Shown piece after piece: positions 19,931 to 29,168 of a stretch of DNA of 64,000 nt. Every line of letters starts with the position of its first letter. The stretch's first letter is position 1. The DNA comes from Acinetobacter phage vB_AbaM_B9: the sequence record MH133207.1, one strand, 5' to 3'. The translations under genes were made by a program, and so were the position numbers. Below the pieces are notes generated by a model. That model did no database searches. It saw nothing but the letters and a program-made list of their open reading frames with translations, and had not been told where the DNA came from.

Positions 19931-20166
19931 TGTTGAAAAGTTTAATGGAGGATTGTAATGAATTTTACAGAATATTTAAATTTGGTTAAAGAGATTTTAA
20001 ATGATAATGGTGTTGTGTTATCAACAATGGAAGAACATCATCAAGAAGAGTTGATTAAGAAGTTTAAGAAATGTTTCAAAGATGGTGAAGATGTTGATGC
20101 AGCAGTAGATCGTATTATGGGATGGTGAATAAATTCATTAAAATTAAACACAATTTAAAATCATTT

Positions 20167-20195
20167 AGGAGAATACATCTGTATTTCTCCTTTTT
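20167..20195 (+). terminator. rho-independent terminator
   Basis: AGGAGAA...TTCTCCT stem followed by TTTTT. Confidence 0.5.
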
Positions 20196-20210
20196 CTATT
20201 GGAGTGAAAA

Positions 20211-22076
20211 TTGGGAATCTGTGTTGGAAAAGAACAATGTCCGAAGTGTAATGAAGAAGGTAGAGATAGACACGGAGACAATTTAGCCATATATGATGAT
20301 AATTCTAAGTATTGTTTCCGTTGTGGATATAACGAGAAAGGTGATAGTAATTTAGGAGTTAAGGAGAGAAAATTGACTGGTGTGAATAGAGATTTAGAAA
20401 AGTTTAACGAAAAAAAATTAAATAAGGAAACTTATTATGAAGCAATTGATGGGACGTTAAAAGATTTAACTTGTAATTATCGTGGTTTAAACCCATCTAT
20501 TTGTAAAGAACTTGGTGTTTTGTGGAAAATTGAGAATAATGAAGTAGTAGAAATGTTGTTTCCAGCTACATATTTGAACGATGGTAAAATTAAAGTTAGT
20601 GGATACAAGGTTCGTAAAGTTCCTAAAAACTTTTACTCAAAAGGGTATGTCGGAAAGCTTAATTTGATGGCTGGACAAACACAACATGTTGCTAACGTAT
20701 TAGTTGTAACTGCTGGGGAAATTGATCTTATAACAGCAATTGATGGTTTATCTTCTTTGAAAAAGTACAATAAAAGTGTCAATGTTGTCAGTTCATTACT
20801 TGGAGAAGATTCGACAGCAGATTGTTTACGTCAACACTATGAATGGGTTGATAAGCACGAAAAAATTATTGTTTGTATGGATAATGATTCTGCTGGGGAA
20901 AAAGCTTTTGAAAAAATCAAATCAGTTGTCGATAATGATAAATTATTCAAGGCAAATCTTAGACATAAGGATTTAAATGAATATGTTTTAAAGGGTGATT
21001 TATCATTAATCGCAAAGGATGTTTATTGGGATGCTATTCCTATTCAAACTTATGGTGTGGTAGGAAGTGGTGAATTATTGCAAAAAGCAAAAGAACGGTT
21101 GAATCAGGATAAAATTCCATTTCCAAGTTTTCTTTCAGATTTAGCTGAGAACTTTACTGATAAGTCAATGTGGACAGGTGAGTGGATGAATTGGATTTCT
21201 TCTGTTTCTTCTGGTAAGTCTACAGTCATGGATGCTTGGATGATTGATTGGGCTTTAAATGCTCCATACCGACAGGCGATTTTGTCTTATGAAGCAGATG
21301 CGACATCTTTTGGTGTTAAAGTAGCATCTTTAGCTACATCTCGTTCTGTTATGAAGATTGAAGGTAAGGAGAATAGATTACAGTTTATTGATGATAATGA
21401 GGATAAAATCAACCATTTATTATTAACTGATGATGGACTTGATCGTTTTGATTTTGTTGATACTTTACCTGAGTCGGTTGAAGCAGCAAAGAAGCTTATA
21501 AATTATCTTGTCAAAGTTAGAGGTGTTAGAATATGTTGGATTGATCCATTATTGGACTTCTTATCAATTTGTAAAAACAAAAACGAATATGATGACTTAA
21601 TTCTATTTTTAGATCAAATCAGAATGAAGTATCATGTTACCATCATGACAGCATTACATACTAGAAAAAATCTGTCTAGCGGTGCAAATGGTAGTTCAGG
21701 TGGTGAGATTAATGAAGAGGATGCTTATGGTGGTCGTGAAGTTATTGCTAAAGGGACAATTAATATCACCGCACAACGTAACAAAAACGCTGAGAATTGG
21801 ATTGAGAGAAATACAATGATTCTAAAAATTCGTAAGAGTCGAAATGATCAGGTAACTGGAGTTGAAACAAAACTGTTCTATCGATCTAAAGCTAATAAGT
21901 TGTATCCATATTCTTTTGCAGAATCTAAAAAGTTTTTTATTGATGATTTTGACAAGGCTGTTGAGGATATTATTGTTGATGATGATGTTGGATTCTCTTT
22001 GTCTCACTCTGGAGTTTCTAATATTGATGAGGTTGTTATCGAAAGTGTTGAAGATGAGAGTAGTTTTGATTGGTAG
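20211..22076 (+). CDS. DNA primase-helicase (zinc-finger + TOPRIM primase fused to a RecA-fold helicase, T7 gp4-like)
   Basis: CPKC...CFRCGY zinc finger, TOPRIM motifs (VTAGEID, MDNDSAGE), Walker A SSGKST and Walker B-like ICWIDPLLD. TTG start after GGAG. Confidence 0.7.
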   Translation: MGICVGKEQCPKCNEEGRDRHGDNLAIYDDNSKYCFRCGYNEKGDSNLGVKERKLTGVNRDLEKFNEKKLNKETYYEAIDGTLKDLTCNYRGLNPSICKELGVLWKIENNEVVEMLFPATYLNDGKIKVSGYKVRKVPKNFYSKGYVGKLNLMAGQTQHVANVLVVTAGEIDLITAIDGLSSLKKYNKSVNVVSSLLGEDSTADCLRQHYEWVDKHEKIIVCMDNDSAGEKAFEKIKSVVDNDKLFKANLRHKDLNEYVLKGDLSLIAKDVYWDAIPIQTYGVVGSGELLQKAKERLNQDKIPFPSFLSDLAENFTDKSMWTGEWMNWISSVSSGKSTVMDAWMIDWALNAPYRQAILSYEADATSFGVKVASLATSRSVMKIEGKENRLQFIDDNEDKINHLLLTDDGLDRFDFVDTLPESVEAAKKLINYLVKVRGVRICWIDPLLDFLSICKNKNEYDDLILFLDQIRMKYHVTIMTALHTRKNLSSGANGSSGGEINEEDAYGGREVIAKGTINITAQRNKNAENWIERNTMILKIRKSRNDQVTGVETKLFYRSKANKLYPYSFAESKKFFIDDFDKAVEDIIVDDDVGFSLSHSGVSNIDEVVIESVEDESSFDW

Positions 22077-22083
22077 GTAGGAG

Positions 22084-22109
22084 CAGGGTCGTGTGACCCT
22101 GTTTTATTT
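22084..22109 (+). terminator. rho-independent terminator
   Basis: CAGGGTC-GTGT-GACCCTG then TTTTATTT. Confidence 0.7.
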
Positions 22110-22121
22110 AAGGAGATCGTT

Positions 22122-23192
22122 TTGAGAGATTGGAAGGATTATGTTGAAAGTTTTGGTTACGAATATTGTAAGATAGAGGGTACTACATTATATTATTCAA
22201 AAGACGGTTGGGATTTTCATTGTAATAAATATAATTTCCCACCTAAGAAAGTTGCAATTAAGAATTGTTTAACACCAGAGAAGTACATCATTCATTTGAT
22301 GAATAAAAAGCATGGTGGTAAATACGGATATGATAAATTCAAATGGAGTGGTAGTGTTGCAGATTATTCCGAATTCTATTGCCCAGAGCATGGTTATTTT
22401 AAACAAATAGTTAACAACCATTTGAAAGGATATGGTTGCTTTAAGTGCAATGGCTCTGAGAAACTAACGGAAGAAGATATTAGAGTTAGGTGTCAAGAAG
22501 CTCGTGGTTTTAAATATGACTATTCAAACTTAAAATATGACCACAAGACAAATAAGATAACTTTGCTTTGCAGAAGGCATGGTGAGTTTTCAACAAACTT
22601 ATACTCCCATTTAAAAGGAGTTGATTGTAAGGAATGCTATAGAGAATCATCTTTTGGTTCAAAGGTTACAACTGAGGATTTCATAAAAAAGGCAGAGTTT
22701 ATTCATGGTGATAAGTATGATTATAGTTTGGTTGAATATGAATGTGCAAAATCCAAAGTTAAAATTATTTGCAGTGAACACGGTGTTTTTGAACAAGTCG
22801 CAAACTATCACTTAAGCGGTAATGGTTGTCAAAAGTGTGGTGTACAATGTACAGGTTACACAAAAACGGCTTATACTAAAGCTTGTGCATCTGGAAGTAG
22901 TGTCTATGTTTTTGAATTGTCCAAAGATTATGAGTTATTTTATAAGATTGGTATTTCTAAAAATATTAAAAATAGAGTTGCTGGTATTGTTAGCGAATCT
23001 GGATATTTAGTTACTTGTGTTTATGAGATGTTCTTTAAAGATGCTTCCGTTGTTTTTGATATTGAAAAATTACTCCATAGAGAGTTTAGTAACTGTAAGT
23101 ATGTACCAAATTTCAGGTTTGCTGGAGATTCGGAGTGCTTCATTCTAGGTGATTATAACGAGGTGATAAAGATTTTAAATTGTGTTGCTTAG
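22122..23192 (+). CDS. T5orf172/GIY-YIG-like homing endonuclease-family protein with three zinc-ribbon repeat modules
   Basis: C-terminal VYVFEL...YKIGIS...NRVAGI...GDSECF GIY-YIG-like core. Three N-terminal repeats of EHGxFxQxxNxHLxGxGCxxC. TTG start after AGGAG. Confidence 0.5.
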   Translation: MRDWKDYVESFGYEYCKIEGTTLYYSKDGWDFHCNKYNFPPKKVAIKNCLTPEKYIIHLMNKKHGGKYGYDKFKWSGSVADYSEFYCPEHGYFKQIVNNHLKGYGCFKCNGSEKLTEEDIRVRCQEARGFKYDYSNLKYDHKTNKITLLCRRHGEFSTNLYSHLKGVDCKECYRESSFGSKVTTEDFIKKAEFIHGDKYDYSLVEYECAKSKVKIICSEHGVFEQVANYHLSGNGCQKCGVQCTGYTKTAYTKACASGSSVYVFELSKDYELFYKIGISKNIKNRVAGIVSESGYLVTCVYEMFFKDASVVFDIEKLLHREFSNCKYVPNFRFAGDSECFILGDYNEVIKILNCVA

Positions 23193-23231
23193 TTTCATGC
23201 AATTTGATATAATTGCTGAAAAGGAGGGTTT

Positions 23232-25424
23232 ATGGAAAACTTTAAGTATATTGATGGTGATTGGGGGTTTGACTGCGAAACATACCCAAACGTAATTACA
23301 TTCTCATTCATTAAATCAGACAGATCAGATAAGCGAGTTTTTGAGATTAGTTCTAGAGTTAATGAGTTAGAAGATTTTTTAGAATTTTGCAGAGAAAGTG
23401 TTAGGAAAAATTATAGATGGATCACCTTTAATGGTAAAGGATTCGATTACCCTTTGGTTCATTGGATTTTGAATAAGTCTAAAGCTGCAAAATCAGAAAA
23501 TAAAAAACTTTCACTTACTGCTAATCAAATCTACAAATACGCAATGCGAATTATTGAAAGTCATAAAGGTGATGGTTTTGGTATTCAAGTTAAAGATGAA
23601 GATGTTTTGATAAAACAGGTTGATCTTTTTAAAATATGTCATTATGATAATAAGGCTAGAATGACTTCTTTAAAGCTTTTGGAATTCAACATGCGATTAG
23701 AGAACATTAGCGATCTTCCTTTTCCTGTTGGAAAGAAATTAACAAATGATGAAATTGATGTGTTGATTGAATACAACCTTAGTGACGTTGATGCAACATT
23801 AAGATTTTATGAGATTTGCTTGGATTCAATTAAATTTCGAGAAGAGCTTACTGAAAAATACGGATTTGATTGTATGAATCTGAATGACGGAAAGGTTGGT
23901 AGTAATTTCTTCATGAGAAAAATTGAAGAAAAAGTTCCTAATACTTTCTATGAAAATGTTGGTGGAAAGAAGAAATTAAAAAAAACACCTAGAGATTTCA
24001 TTAGAATCAAAGACTGCATATTTAATTATGTGTCGTTTAAAGATAAAGGTTTGATCGCTTTAAAAGAATGGTTTTCAAAGCAGATTATCACAGAAACTAA
24101 AGGTGTGTTCTCAAACATTGAAGAGCATTTGCTTGGTGACTTGTCACAATATGCTGAAATGACTACGAAGAGTGTAAAATTTAAGTCAAAACCTTCGGAT
24201 TCAGAAATTAATGAATTCTTGAAAATTCATCCTAAAGGTTGGATTGATAAGATTGAACTTAAATCTATGGAAACTCTTAAAGATGAAAATGGTAATCCTG
24301 TAAAAGAGAATTACATTGATGAAAAAGGAAGAGTTAAACAAAGAGTGGTGAAGGTTCCGAAAGTTTCATACTACGGGTATTATAGAGTTGCTGAAACACT
24401 AAATGTTGTACTTGATGATTTTAGAATTGATTTTGGTTTAGGTGGACAACATGGCAGTAAGGTTGGTGCGTTTCATTCAACTGAAGATTTAGTAATTTGT
24501 GACTTGGATGTGAAATCTTATTATCCAAATTTAGCTATTGCAAATAGGGTTTATCCAGAGCATCTCAATGAGGTATTTTGTGACGCATATGAAGAATTTT
24601 ATCACGAGCGAGCAAAAGTTCCTAAATCTAATCCTATCAACAAAGCATACAAGGATGGTTTGAATATTGTGTATGGGGACAGTAATAGCGAATTTTCTGC
24701 ATTCTATGATCCGAAGTATACAATGTCCATTACAATCAATGGTCAATTAACCTTGTGTATGTTAATGGAGAGACTAATAGATGTTTGCGGAATAAAGATT
24801 ATACAATCCAATACTGACGGGTTCACCTTCTTGATTAAAAAAGACATGCTTGATATCATGAAGACTCATGTTTCAAGATGGGAGAATTTGACAGGACTTG
24901 AAATGGAGGATGCGTACTATAAATCAATGTTCATGCGCGATGTAAATAATTACGTAGGGTTGTATGAGGATGGTAGTGTTAAATCCAAAGGGGCATATGA
25001 GTATGAACCACTGAGAAGTATGAAGTTGACACACATGCACAAGAATCACTCAGCATTAGTTGTACCTATGGCAGTTGAACATGAGTTGTTAGGTCGTGGT
25101 TATGCTGAAGACTTTATTCGTAGTCATAAAGATAAGTTTGATTTCATGCTTAGAACCAAAGTTCCGCGTGGTTCAAGACTGGTTCTTGAAATGGATGGTG
25201 AGGATATTGAGCAACAAAACATTTGTCGTTATTATGCTTCTGAAGATGGTGGGTATTTAACAAAGATTATGCCACCACTTAAAGAAGGTGATGAAGATAG
25301 ACGTATGAGTATTGAAAGTGGTATTAAAGTAAAAACGTGTAATGATATTAATGATTTCTCTTGGGATATTAATTATGATTACTACATTGAACAAGCAGAT
25401 AAATTGCTTGAATTTTTTCGTTAA
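23232..25424 (+). CDS. family B DNA polymerase with 3'-5' proofreading exonuclease
   Basis: Exo I FDCET, Exo II FNGKGFDYPL, Exo III YNLSD. Pol motif A DLDVKSYYPNL, motif B KDGLNIVYG, motif C SNTDGF. Confidence 0.8.
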   Translation: MENFKYIDGDWGFDCETYPNVITFSFIKSDRSDKRVFEISSRVNELEDFLEFCRESVRKNYRWITFNGKGFDYPLVHWILNKSKAAKSENKKLSLTANQIYKYAMRIIESHKGDGFGIQVKDEDVLIKQVDLFKICHYDNKARMTSLKLLEFNMRLENISDLPFPVGKKLTNDEIDVLIEYNLSDVDATLRFYEICLDSIKFREELTEKYGFDCMNLNDGKVGSNFFMRKIEEKVPNTFYENVGGKKKLKKTPRDFIRIKDCIFNYVSFKDKGLIALKEWFSKQIITETKGVFSNIEEHLLGDLSQYAEMTTKSVKFKSKPSDSEINEFLKIHPKGWIDKIELKSMETLKDENGNPVKENYIDEKGRVKQRVVKVPKVSYYGYYRVAETLNVVLDDFRIDFGLGGQHGSKVGAFHSTEDLVICDLDVKSYYPNLAIANRVYPEHLNEVFCDAYEEFYHERAKVPKSNPINKAYKDGLNIVYGDSNSEFSAFYDPKYTMSITINGQLTLCMLMERLIDVCGIKIIQSNTDGFTFLIKKDMLDIMKTHVSRWENLTGLEMEDAYYKSMFMRDVNNYVGLYEDGSVKSKGAYEYEPLRSMKLTHMHKNHSALVVPMAVEHELLGRGYAEDFIRSHKDKFDFMLRTKVPRGSRLVLEMDGEDIEQQNICRYYASEDGGYLTKIMPPLKEGDEDRRMSIESGIKVKTCNDINDFSWDINYDYYIEQADKLLEFFR

Positions 25425-25437
25425 TTAGGAGATGTAA

Positions 25438-26514
25438 ATGTTGAAGTTTAAAAAAGGTGATGAGGTTATTGTTACTGGTTTTATTAATGCACTTACTGAA
25501 GAGTACGGTACTTTAGGTGAAGTTGGTGTTGTTGAGGTTGTGGATGATTCAGAGATTCCGTATTTTGTAAAATTGGAATCTGTTAAAGGGGGTTCTGGTG
25601 GATTATGGTTTAAGGAGGAGAACTTAAAATCAGCTAAAGGAAGCACTTTTTACAAAGGTGTTGTATATTCTGTTGGAGATGTTATTGAGCGTTTGGATGA
25701 TTGCCCATACCCAATAGGATCAAAACATACAATTATTGCGATTGGAAGCGGAGGAGTTTATGCTAAGGATGCTGAAGGTAGTGTTGGTTTTCATTGTTTG
25801 AGTTTTGTTAAGAAAGTAAATGATATTAATAAATCACAACTTCTTAAACAAGAAATTGAGGTTGGAGACATAGTGATAGTGATTTCTCTTGAAAATACAA
25901 TAAGAGAGTATGGTGCTAATGAGTCAATGAAAAAAGTTGAAGAGTCTTTTATTGTAAAAGATGTTTGTAAATATGAAAAAGATGATTTAATTGAGGTTTT
26001 TGATGAAGGTAATTGGTCATACGATTCTCGTGATTTAGTAATTTTACAGAAAGCTTCAGATATGAAAGAGCGTAAATTAGCTCCTATTGATTTGAAATTA
26101 CACACTCACACATCTTTCGATGCATCTACTACTGGTGAAGATGATTATTTTGGAGATTTTGACATTTCGCCAGATGATTTAAAAGGTATGGTTGATGACA
26201 TGATTAGTCACCCTATCCAACCTATTGAGTCTGATGGTGGAAGTAGTGATTATTATTTTACCAAATTACCAAAATGGTTGATTGATCAAATTGTAGAAAC
26301 TGGTGGTATTGAAGTTAAAGACATTGTTCAATTTGTATTTGATAATGATGCTCATGCAAAAGATATCATCAAGGCACAGAAACGTATTATTGAGCAGCGT
26401 AAAGGTGGTGGTAAAGCTGGATTAAAACCACTATACGATTACAATAAGATTGTTTTCTTTGCTGAAGATCAGTTACGAGTTGCTAAGAATAATCTTGACG
26501 AGAAATCTGAATAA
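25438..26514 (+). CDS. hypothetical protein with three KOW/SH3-like KGDxVxV repeats
   Basis: Three ~50-aa modules (KKGDEVIVTG / YSVGDVIER / IEVGDIVIV) plus a distinct C-terminal domain. Confidence 0.35.
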   Translation: MLKFKKGDEVIVTGFINALTEEYGTLGEVGVVEVVDDSEIPYFVKLESVKGGSGGLWFKEENLKSAKGSTFYKGVVYSVGDVIERLDDCPYPIGSKHTIIAIGSGGVYAKDAEGSVGFHCLSFVKKVNDINKSQLLKQEIEVGDIVIVISLENTIREYGANESMKKVEESFIVKDVCKYEKDDLIEVFDEGNWSYDSRDLVILQKASDMKERKLAPIDLKLHTHTSFDASTTGEDDYFGDFDISPDDLKGMVDDMISHPIQPIESDGGSSDYYFTKLPKWLIDQIVETGGIEVKDIVQFVFDNDAHAKDIIKAQKRIIEQRKGGGKAGLKPLYDYNKIVFFAEDQLRVAKNNLDEKSE

Positions 26515-26540
26515 CTTTACATTTAATTACAGTATTATTG

Positions 26541-26570
26541 TTGACATTGATTTATAAGTTTGCAATAATA
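26541..26570 (+). promoter_or_regulatory. sigma70-like promoter (TTGACA-17-AATAAT) within the conserved ATTGTTGACATTGATTT motif
   Basis: The same 17-nt motif recurs at 44564. Confidence 0.45.
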
Positions 26571-26703
26571 CCCACCTACTCTGATGAATATCCATATATT
26601 ACTTCGGAGGAAATTGAAATTTAGAGAACTAGGTAGATTAACATGATAACGTAATGTTTGATTGCTACAATAGCTCAACAGATTAAGTTCAGGTTTCAAT
26701 TTT

Positions 26704-26760
26704 CAACTCAAAACATTTTAGATTTCTTTAAATAGGATTTCTAATTATGTTTTGAGTTGT
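26704..26760. repeat. perfect 13-bp inverted repeat (CAACTCAAAACAT / ATGTTTTGAGTTG) with 31-nt spacer
   Basis: Read directly. The spacer contains a GATTTCT direct repeat. Confidence 0.8.
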
Positions 26761-26834
26761 TTGTATTTAAAAATTTAATTAAGCATGTGTCATTCGGCAC
26801 ATTATATAATAAGCATATACGATAGGAGATACAA

Positions 26835-27467
26835 ATGTCAATTAAGACTAATATTAATTTTGAATCAGGAATTATTGAAAACGCAGTATTGTTTTACACT
26901 AAGTTAAAGAATCCACCATTAAAATACGGTTCTCAAACTGAACGTGAATACACTGTTGATGTTGTTGTTGATAAAGCTTCAGCTAAAGCATGGAATAAAC
27001 AATTTTCCAAGCAAAAAGCTAAAGAAATTGACAATGCAGACTTCACAGAACAATTTAAAACTGATCCAGTGTTTGCAGATCAAGATGAACAGTTTGTGAT
27101 TAAACTTAAAAAACCAGCTCAGTTTCGAGACAAGGCAACAGGTGAATTAGTTCCTTTGAATGAAAAATATATTCCTCGTGTTTTCATTAAGAATGACGAA
27201 GGTGTTTTAGAAGATATTACATTTACAACAAACGTTGGTAATGGTAGTGTTGGTGTTGTTCAGTTTGATGTTAACACAAATGATTTCGGTACATTTGCGA
27301 AACTTGGTGCAATTCGTGTTGATAGTTTGGTTGCTGTAGAACATAAAGGTGGTACAAACTACGATGTTCTTGGTACTGTTAAAACTCTAGCTGAAATCCC
27401 AACAGCAGCTAAGAAAGAACCAGAACCAACACAAAATGTAGATGAAGATGAAAATTTGCCATTCTAA
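26835..27467 (+). CDS. single-stranded DNA-binding protein, T7 gp2.5-like
   Basis: OB-fold-like N-terminus and acidic C-terminal tail ending in Phe (VDEDENLPF), the hallmark of gp2.5-type SSBs. Confidence 0.5.
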   Translation: MSIKTNINFESGIIENAVLFYTKLKNPPLKYGSQTEREYTVDVVVDKASAKAWNKQFSKQKAKEIDNADFTEQFKTDPVFADQDEQFVIKLKKPAQFRDKATGELVPLNEKYIPRVFIKNDEGVLEDITFTTNVGNGSVGVVQFDVNTNDFGTFAKLGAIRVDSLVAVEHKGGTNYDVLGTVKTLAEIPTAAKKEPEPTQNVDEDENLPF

Positions 27468-27473
27468 TTTGAT

Positions 27474-27764
27474 GTGTGTGGAAGGACAATAAGTCCTTCC
27501 ATTACAATTGGTGGACATATGGAAAGATATGGTATACACAGCCTTAAGATACAGCAGATACGTGGATCATATAGGTCAGAAATTCTATTTCATGAGGAAC
27601 CAGACGAAAACTTATTGGAAGAATTTTTATTACATTATGATTTATCTAAAGACGTTAAAAACGATATAAGATTGTTAAAAGATACTTCAATTTTAATAAC
27701 AGATGATTTTATTGTCTCGTTAGAAATAAGAGAAGTGTTCATGAATTTAGGAGAAAACAAATGA
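27474..27764 (+). CDS. hypothetical protein (start may be the ATG at 27519)
   Basis: ORF only. Confidence 0.3.
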   Translation: MCGRTISPSITIGGHMERYGIHSLKIQQIRGSYRSEILFHEEPDENLLEEFLLHYDLSKDVKNDIRLLKDTSILITDDFIVSLEIREVFMNLGENK

Positions 27765-28124
27765 CAAAGAAAATTAAAATTGGTGTTCTAGAATTAGATA
27801 TGGGGGATAGTTCTGGAAAGAACGATCTATCAGACGCAATTTATGTTAATACAAAGAACCAACAACAATTAGCTACAGCGTTTCAGTTTGCAACATATCA
27901 AGCAATCTTTGAGAAGAAACGAGGTGTTAAATGAGTGACTTAGGTATTGTATTACAAAAATCAATTATCTTAGATAAGATTCATGATAATGTTCTTGCTC
28001 GATTAAGTAATATTGATAATTCTGGTGGTAATAATGAAAATCAAACTGATCTTCTAAAACTTGAGAAGTTAATTCTAAAGAAATATAAAGAAGTTATTTC
28101 TGAATTATAATTTGGAGAGTACTC

Positions 28125-28529
28125 ATGAGTGTTAATTATTCAAGTGTTATTTTAATTGGTGCTGATTACGATTCATTAACTTGGAATACATTAACTGACG
28201 AAGCTAAATCAATTATTCGAGAAGAGGTATTACAAGACTCACCTATTTGTTATGAATGGGATGATGAAAATAGTGAAATAACTAATCAAGATGAGGTTGA
28301 GGAAGCTTGGGAAGAGCAATGTATTTATGAGTGGGAAGATCGTAAAGGTGAATGGATTAATGATTACTTTGGTTTTTCTGGAACAATTGGTAATTACTTC
28401 ACTGGTGTAATTGATTATGTTGGCGTTGAAATTCATGATTTAAATGCTGATCACCAAGGCGCTATTGATGAGTGGTTTAAATCGTTTACAGTTAAGCCAG
28501 AATTACATCATGGTGTTTTAGTTTGGTGA
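28125..28529 (+). CDS. hypothetical highly acidic protein
   Basis: 134 aa, rich in Asp/Glu/Trp. Confidence 0.4.
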   Translation: MSVNYSSVILIGADYDSLTWNTLTDEAKSIIREEVLQDSPICYEWDDENSEITNQDEVEEAWEEQCIYEWEDRKGEWINDYFGFSGTIGNYFTGVIDYVGVEIHDLNADHQGAIDEWFKSFTVKPELHHGVLVW

Positions 28530-28535
28530 TTAATT

Positions 28536-28889
28536 ATGAGTTATGATATTGATGAAGCTCAAATCGATTACGATGATGAAGATTATGATGATCTGAATGA
28601 GCAAGAAAAATCAGCATATCAATTAGCTAAAGAAAGAAAAGACTTTATTAAGTATAGGAGATTTTCTCTAACACTTCATCCTAAGCAAATCTACCGATCT
28701 TTCCGTAAAACAATTAAGAAAGATTTGGATGTGTTCACTGAAGAAGAGTTGATGACAATATATCGAGTTCTTTGTGATGCTATGAATATGAAGAATGAAG
28801 ATTTGAATCTTAAAATGTATAAGTATATTCGAGCAAGAGTTGAACGTGCCTATAATCGCAATAGGCAAAAATTAGGAAGGAATAAATGA
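28536..28889 (+). CDS. hypothetical protein
   Basis: 117-aa ORF. Confidence 0.4.
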   Translation: MSYDIDEAQIDYDDEDYDDLNEQEKSAYQLAKERKDFIKYRRFSLTLHPKQIYRSFRKTIKKDLDVFTEEELMTIYRVLCDAMNMKNEDLNLKMYKYIRARVERAYNRNRQKLGRNK

Positions 28890-29086
28890 CAACAAAAACT
28901 GAAGTTAAAAATTACGGAATTGGTTTTTTACCACTTCTAACAATTGTATTTATCGCACTAAAACTGACAGGATACATTGCTTGGTCTTGGTGGTTAGTTT
29001 TATTACCAATGATTATTCAAGTTGGTATCGGGGTAATTGCTTTATTGATTATTGGGATTACTTATTATCTAGTCAAGAAATCATGA
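28886..29086 (+). CDS. small membrane protein (2 TM)
   Basis: 66 aa, two hydrophobic helices. Confidence 0.4.
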   Translation: MTTKTEVKNYGIGFLPLLTIVFIALKLTGYIAWSWWLVLLPMIIQVGIGVIALLIIGITYYLVKKS

Positions 29087-29168
29087 TAATATTTGTAGTT
29101 CCAATATTATTTCTATTTTTATATTATTTGTATATTGATTTGTTTTATTAATCAAGAGGGAGGATGTT

